The notes under the pieces are model-generated. The model saw nothing but the letters and a program-made list of their open reading frames with translations, did not search any database and was not told where the DNA came from. The position numbers and the translations under genes were made by a program. Below are positions 29,972 to 35,244 of a DNA stretch of 35,244 nt, in pieces. Positions within the stretch are counted from its first letter, which is position 1. Each line of letters begins with the position of its first letter. The DNA is from Trichomonas gallinae (Eukaryota), in the NCBI GenBank assembly GCA_008369845.1, contig MRSU01007882.1, forward strand, positions 1 to 35,244. Reading direction: 5' to 3'.

Positions 29972-31252
29972 ATGAGTGAGCTTCCTAAGAAACTTAGTAT
30001 TCTTGTGACAGGTGGAATATCTCCAGGCGTAAATGATCTCATTTCAAGCATAATCATGTATTCGACAGAAAGAAACTGGAGAGTTATTGGTTTTCATGAT
30101 GGATATGAGCACCTCATCGAAGACTCGTATGAGACACTTGAAGCTACAAAAGTTGAACTCACAGAGAAGATTGCACAAGAAATAATGAACACTGGTGGCT
30201 CATATTTGAGATCTTCAAGATACGGTCACAACATCACTGATGAACAAGTTAAATCAATCTGCGATAAGATCAGAAAACTCAATATCAACTACTTCTTAGC
30301 AGTCTCCGGCAATGAAAATGTAGGCATGTGCCACAGAATCGCAGAGAATTTCAAGAATGAAGATATTCAAGTGCTCGTTGTCGCCAAAACTATTGATAAC
30401 GATATTCCTTTGCCACCAAACATGGTTACATTCGGTTTTACAACAGCTAGAACCTTCGGCGCTCAGATCGTTGGATATCTTCATGCTGAGACTTTGTCTG
30501 TTCCTCGTTATTTCATCGTTGAAACAATGGGCAAACGTTCAGGCCACCTTGCATCACAGATTGCTGCAGGTTCTAACTCATGTCTCTCCGTTATTCCAGA
30601 AGATTTCAATCTTAAGACAATAACTCTCAAACAGATTGAAGATTATATCACACTCGCATTGATCAAGCGCTATCTCAGAGGATACAGCATCGGTATCGTA
30701 ATTGTTAGCGAAGCTTTGATTTATCATCTTGATTATGAATCGCAGCTCGATTTATACAAAGGAAATATTATCAAGAATGCTCGTGGTGACCTTTGCCTCG
30801 ATAAAGGCGACATTGGACGCCATATCTCTGATTCTCTTCGTGATCGCTTCGCAAAGCTTGGCTTGGATCTCAGATTCATCCCAAAGAAGATTGGTTATGA
30901 ACTCCGTGGCGCCAAACCACTCGTTAGAGACTCAATGATTGCTAATCAGCTCGGATGCGGTGTTGTCGAAGGATTCGCTGATCTCAGAAATGATTCTCTC
31001 ATTTTGTGGGATGATGGCATGTTCCTCTTCCGCCCAGTTTCCGAAATGGTTGACAAAAAGGGCAACATTCAAACAAGATATGTAGACACAAAGTCAGAGC
31101 AGTACAGAATCATCAAGAAGTACCAGTGCATGGTAACAAAGGAGGATTTGAAGAACACTGAACTTATTCAGAAGATCTGTGAAATTCTCAAAATCAATCA
31201 AGTCCAATTCCACCAGAGATATGATGACATCATCAATCTTTCGGTTGTTTGA
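29972..31252 (+). CDS. Phosphofructokinase family protein, PPi-PFK-like, with degenerate motifs, 426 aa
   Basis: TGGISPGVN, GGSYLRSSR, AKTIDNDI, FGFTTA, VETMGKRSGHLA, IGYELRG. The GGD(D/G) position reads SGNE. First ATG is 29972. Confidence 0.92.
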   Translation: MSELPKKLSILVTGGISPGVNDLISSIIMYSTERNWRVIGFHDGYEHLIEDSYETLEATKVELTEKIAQEIMNTGGSYLRSSRYGHNITDEQVKSICDKIRKLNINYFLAVSGNENVGMCHRIAENFKNEDIQVLVVAKTIDNDIPLPPNMVTFGFTTARTFGAQIVGYLHAETLSVPRYFIVETMGKRSGHLASQIAAGSNSCLSVIPEDFNLKTITLKQIEDYITLALIKRYLRGYSIGIVIVSEALIYHLDYESQLDLYKGNIIKNARGDLCLDKGDIGRHISDSLRDRFAKLGLDLRFIPKKIGYELRGAKPLVRDSMIANQLGCGVVEGFADLRNDSLILWDDGMFLFRPVSEMVDKKGNIQTRYVDTKSEQYRIIKKYQCMVTKEDLKNTELIQKICEILKINQVQFHQRYDDIINLSVV

Positions 31253-31755
31253 GCCCTTTACACTCCATTAGTTTTTTTCAAAATAAAATCATGGTTTTTT
31301 ATGGATAAAATCAATATATTTACAACATGTAAACGATTTTGCAATGCCATGAAAATGTTGTAAACCAAGTCTTTCTTATTATGCTAGTTTTATGAAAATA
31401 TCTCTACCATCATCATTTGCTCCAGTTTATGTAGCATATTATATTACTTTATTAAAGCTACAGTGAACGTTTGCTCAATTTTTGTTTTTCTCGAGAATAT
31501 AAAGTTAAAGTCATGCACTAGCTATGTTTTTAATGATAATATTCAAATCAAAGATTTGGCTGTCAGTGAAATTGCTGGATGCATTAGTCTTCACTGTAAT
31601 TATACGATAATATCTAGGACATCAAAAAGAATTATTTTTGACTTTACATGTCAAATTATATAACAAATCTATCTTGTAAATATAATGATTTCGAGAAAAT
31701 TTTAATTATATTTTTTGGAACACAAATAATAGAGAAAAAGAGAAAATTCAATTAT

Positions 31756-31763
31756 AAAGTGAC
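31756..31763 (+). promoter_or_regulatory. M2-type motif AAAGTGAC
   Basis: Exact match 27-34 nt upstream of ATG 31790, followed by the variant AAAGTGTC. Confidence 0.62.
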
Positions 31764-31789
31764 AAGATGTCAAAAAAGTGTCAAATTTC

Positions 31790-32398
31790 ATGGCATTCTG
31801 CTATGCTTTAATTTCGAAAGGTGGAACTCCAGTATGTCAGCACTGCGCTGTATCTGGCAACTTCGACCTATATTACCAAAAATTTCTTCCGAAAGATCAT
31901 TCTAAAGATGGAATCGTAATCCTAAAAGTTGACGGATACGTTTGGGGAATTCTCTCTGATGACAAAGACCTCAACATATTATGCGTTGTCAGAGAATCGT
32001 GTGAAAAGCAGATGTTGATCAAAATTTTGAATGAGATAAAATCAGTTTTACAGAGATTTTTGAAAGTAAATCCGGGAGAATGGGAAAGAGCATCGACATT
32101 TTCATTACAATCTTCATTCGAGCCATCGTTGCGTGATATTTGTAGAGTTTTAGAACAAGCGCCATCTTTAACAGAAATCGTTCCTCCAAGTATGTCAGAG
32201 CTTGAATCTAGCGATGTAGATGAATATAACTTACTTCTAAACAACGGAGCATCAGGTGTTCGAACAATCGGACATCGTGCACGAAAGAGAAGGTTCTTGA
32301 AGTACGGAATCATCGCTGCAGCTATATTAATACTAGTATTACTAATCTATCTTATATTATCGTTCTTCTGTGGTGGTTTTACAATCCCCAATTGTTAA
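31790..32398 (+). CDS. Tail-anchored VAMP7-like longin protein lacking a SNARE motif, 202 aa
   Basis: Longin N-terminus MAFCYALISKGGTPVCQH..SGNF, ILCVV...ILNEIK, ASTFSLQSSFEPSL; basic patch, TM helix and luminal tail CGGFTIPNC (VAMP7: CGGFTWPSC). Confidence 0.83.
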   Translation: MAFCYALISKGGTPVCQHCAVSGNFDLYYQKFLPKDHSKDGIVILKVDGYVWGILSDDKDLNILCVVRESCEKQMLIKILNEIKSVLQRFLKVNPGEWERASTFSLQSSFEPSLRDICRVLEQAPSLTEIVPPSMSELESSDVDEYNLLLNNGASGVRTIGHRARKRRFLKYGIIAAAILILVLLIYLILSFFCGGFTIPNC

Positions 32399-32505
32399 TT
32401 AGCATAATAATCACATTTTAGTTAAATGTTTATTTATTCCATTCATTGCGTTATTTAGCCCTATAATATATCTTAGCTTAAAATTACAAATAAAGAACAA
32501 TTTAT

Positions 32506-33645
32506 TCAAACAAAATTCTCTGGTGATATATGTATTATACATTTAGGTGGCTTGACACCTTCCTTAGGTCTAGTACAGCAGATTTTTCCTATCCATTCAA
32601 ATTTATCATTTGCAAATACTTTAAAATGATCTACTTCGCAGTCAAATCCGCTAGGACCGACATCTAAGTTAGTAACAATGATTTTCTTCAAAACAATCAT
32701 GTTATCTAAGAAAAATGTTATTATCGGATGTTTTTCAAAACTTGAGTGCGCGATAAATGTACATTTTTCGGGTGTCTCTTTGCTTTGCGGAATAAGTTGA
32801 AGCGGATCTGTAAAGTCTGAGCAATTTTCTACAACAATTCTGTTAACTTCATCTTTAATAACGTATTCATTTTTCTCATTAACGAATATAATCGATCCTA
32901 ATCCAAACACATTAGGATTTCCGTAGTTTTTAATAATTTCGAACGAGATTTTTCTTACTTTGAAGACTGGATAGCTACCATATCTATCAGAAGGAGCCAT
33001 TCCATCAGGAGCAAGCTGAGGAAACAGTGTTTGAAGATATCTCATAGACTGAGATGCATTAATTCTTCCAGAGTCTTGTGCCACTGCGCGTAAATCTTTT
33101 CCAAATCCCTTAGGAATCTCATCCTTGCAGACTAAAGTTTTCCCGCTGTATACTTCAATATCTTTAATTGACTGATCCACATTGTTTTGTGGGTTCCAAA
33201 TGCGTACATACATCGGCCTTTGATGTTTCTGAAAGATAAATATGACTGAAAATGTATCAGCTTCAATTGGCGGCCAATTTATTCTCCACATGTCTTGTTC
33301 ATCTTTAACAATATTGCCATTAAGTTTCTGCAAATAGTTTTCATCAGTCTTAGGAGCAGACATCATACGGATTGGATTGATTGATCTTCGTTGATCTGAT
33401 AGAAATTGCATATATGAACAGCAAACATTTGTTGGATCGCCCCAATTGGACAATATTTTGACAGTATATATGAGATTATCTTCTTCCGATAAAATATCAG
33501 TCTGCGTTAGATCGATCGGTTCTAATGTTTTAAGACGGAACGATCCAGAGCTCGCAATTTTTGGCTTAGATGCTATTTGCATTATAGGGGACTTCATCTT
33601 GAATGGATTCATTTTTCTCATGCTAGGTACTGGTCTCATGAACAT
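32506..33645 (-). CDS. DUF4457/KATNIP (KIAA0556)-like repeat protein, 379 aa
   Basis: Two repeats: VKILSNWGDP...YVRIWNP...SIKDIEVY...DEIPKG and FEIIKNYGNPNVFGLGSI...KIIVTN; these match the KATNIP pattern ILSTWGD..YVGL...IRIWNYN...GEI.KA. Confidence 0.7.
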   Translation of the reverse strand: MFMRPVPSMRKMNPFKMKSPIMQIASKPKIASSGSFRLKTLEPIDLTQTDILSEEDNLIYTVKILSNWGDPTNVCCSYMQFLSDQRRSINPIRMMSAPKTDENYLQKLNGNIVKDEQDMWRINWPPIEADTFSVIFIFQKHQRPMYVRIWNPQNNVDQSIKDIEVYSGKTLVCKDEIPKGFGKDLRAVAQDSGRINASQSMRYLQTLFPQLAPDGMAPSDRYGSYPVFKVRKISFEIIKNYGNPNVFGLGSIIFVNEKNEYVIKDEVNRIVVENCSDFTDPLQLIPQSKETPEKCTFIAHSSFEKHPIITFFLDNMIVLKKIIVTNLDVGPSGFDCEVDHFKVFANDKFEWIGKICCTRPKEGVKPPKCIIHISPENFV

Positions 33646-34389
33646 GTTTTAATATTGAATGAATTATTTAAAAAAAAAATTTACGACTATACAAAATTTT
33701 CTATGATTCAATCAAAGTATATTTACAAATTTCGAAAACAATACTTCGATTATATGACAGCAATGAGAAATATACTGTGAACGTTAAATGAACTCAAAAG
33801 TGAGAATATTCAATTTCTGTATCTAACGTTACATGATTTAGTATGTAAAATACAAATTTTAAATTACATTTTGTTTTATAAATTGACATGTAAATTCTTT
33901 ACAAATCATTTTTAAAATTTTTCTCGATTTTATTAGTAAAAAGTTTATATACACTGCAAACTTTCAAATACATTTTTTACAAATCATTTTTACATTCTTT
34001 CATCAGTTTATCAGCACAAGTTTTAACACATTCTCAACAAATATTTACTATATCAAGATAGTACTTACCAAATAACGAGCTCTCATTTCGATAATATTTT
34101 CAATTTGATTTTTCTCTGCATAATCCCAATTTATCCATGTTTCTATATTAATTATTATTAATATTATAAATAACTACATTGATAAAGTGAATTTAATCTC
34201 GAATTTTTTTCATCCAAATTCAAAATATAATAAAGATATATAATTTGATATCTGAAAATATCGTACCAAGCGTTATACTTTATTCCTTTACTAGATAAAA
34301 GTTATTTTAATCAATATTTGATCAAATAATAATAAACACTTAATTGAGACTTGTTATATGTACATTTCAATGTTTTGCAACAATTAATA

Positions 34390-34935
34390 TTATTCCATGA
34401 ATGTTGCTTTGCATAAAACTTCTTTATCAAAAATAACTGGATTTTGTGCTGGTTTTCCCATTGCAATAGCCATGACAAATTTATCCTTAGGGATGCCAAT
34501 GATACTTTCAAGGTCAGCAAACTTCAGAGCACTGATGCACATTGTTCCGTAACCATAATTCATAGAAGCAAGTAATATAGATTCAATCATGATTCCAGCA
34601 TCAATTTGAGAGAAAAGTGGGTCTGCCCTCTCATTTTGAACAAGAATGAATAGGACAGGCGCATCACAAGTAATAACATTTTTATAACCTTTGTCTTTTA
34701 TCAGTAAAAATTGCTGTTGAAGAGCATCTGGCATCGTGTTAAGACCAACATGACCGATTTTATCGAGCAACTGTGGATTGGTAATGATAATTAAATCAAT
34801 GCTTTGAAAATTGCAATTTGAAGGTGCTAACAGAGCAAGTTGCGCTATAGTTTCAAGATGCTCTTTTGGGCACTCCCAATGTGGCTCGTAATCCCTTATA
34901 GTTTTCCGATTGCGGATTGCATCAAGAACATTCAT
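34390..34935 (-). CDS. FMN-dependent nitroreductase family protein, 181 aa
   Basis: DAIRNRKTIRDY, ALLAPSNCNFQ, IDAGIMIESILLAS..GYGTMCI, IAMGKP. Inr TCACT at 34944-34940 favours ATG 34935 over 34953. Confidence 0.93.
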   Translation of the reverse strand: MNVLDAIRNRKTIRDYEPHWECPKEHLETIAQLALLAPSNCNFQSIDLIIITNPQLLDKIGHVGLNTMPDALQQQFLLIKDKGYKNVITCDAPVLFILVQNERADPLFSQIDAGIMIESILLASMNYGYGTMCISALKFADLESIIGIPKDKFVMAIAMGKPAQNPVIFDKEVLCKATFME

Positions 34936-35244
34936 CGCTAGTGAACTCAACATTTAATCAAGCAGACATACAAACTATATATGCGTCATAACAAGCATTA
35001 TTCCAAATATTTTTTTAGGATTTCTTTAAAATGCGATTTTGATAATACATTTTTGCAGAATGCATCATGTAAACTATAGATTGATAGTTTTCAGGCATCA
35101 TATTTTTCATATCGAGACCCTTCCTAATAACATCCAACCCCTAAAATCGGGCAGAAAATTTGGCGTGAAAAAATAGTTGTCTCGTTTACCTAATGAATTT
35201 CAAGCGTGTTCTGGCATATATATACGATCTACACATCCCATATA

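Noticed and set aside
33898..33992. 17-bp exact direct repeat TTTACAAATCATTTTTA (33898-33914, 33976-33992)
   Set aside because: Very AT-rich low-complexity context, only two copies, no spacer-array structure; not CRISPR-like.
34936..34953. MLSSLA extension on the nitroreductase resembling a hydrogenosomal presequence
   Set aside because: An Inr (TCACT, 34944-34940) lies inside it, so transcription probably starts downstream of the first ATG, and the Arg expected before the cleavage site is absent.

Overview
AT-rich, gene-dense eukaryotic DNA with no convincing intron, almost certainly from a trichomonad (Trichomonas vaginalis or a close relative). The evidence is TCA(C/T)T initiator elements just upstream of several ATGs, M2/M3/M5-like core-promoter motifs, TAAA overlapping stop codons, a mariner remnant, and Pmp, Myb, kinase and nitroreductase genes of families expanded in Trichomonas. 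The window holds 16 intact CDSs, one tRNA-Gly(GCC), a 5'-truncated DD34D-type mariner and several decayed genes absent from the ORF track, including a recognisable TBC Rab-GAP pseudogene. No operon-like novel system is evident. The best leads are protein-level: (1) a 796-aa 'hypothetical' carrying a collinear series of Integrator subunit 2 (INTS2) motifs; (2) a UGGT-like ER protein lacking the catalytic DxD/DQD motifs; (3) a VAMP7-like longin with no SNARE helix; (4) a PPi-PFK paralogue with GGDD changed to SGNE; (5) a C2-like plus MUN (Munc13-type) protein. Family assignments come from visual comparison with remembered consensus motifs; no database search was run.
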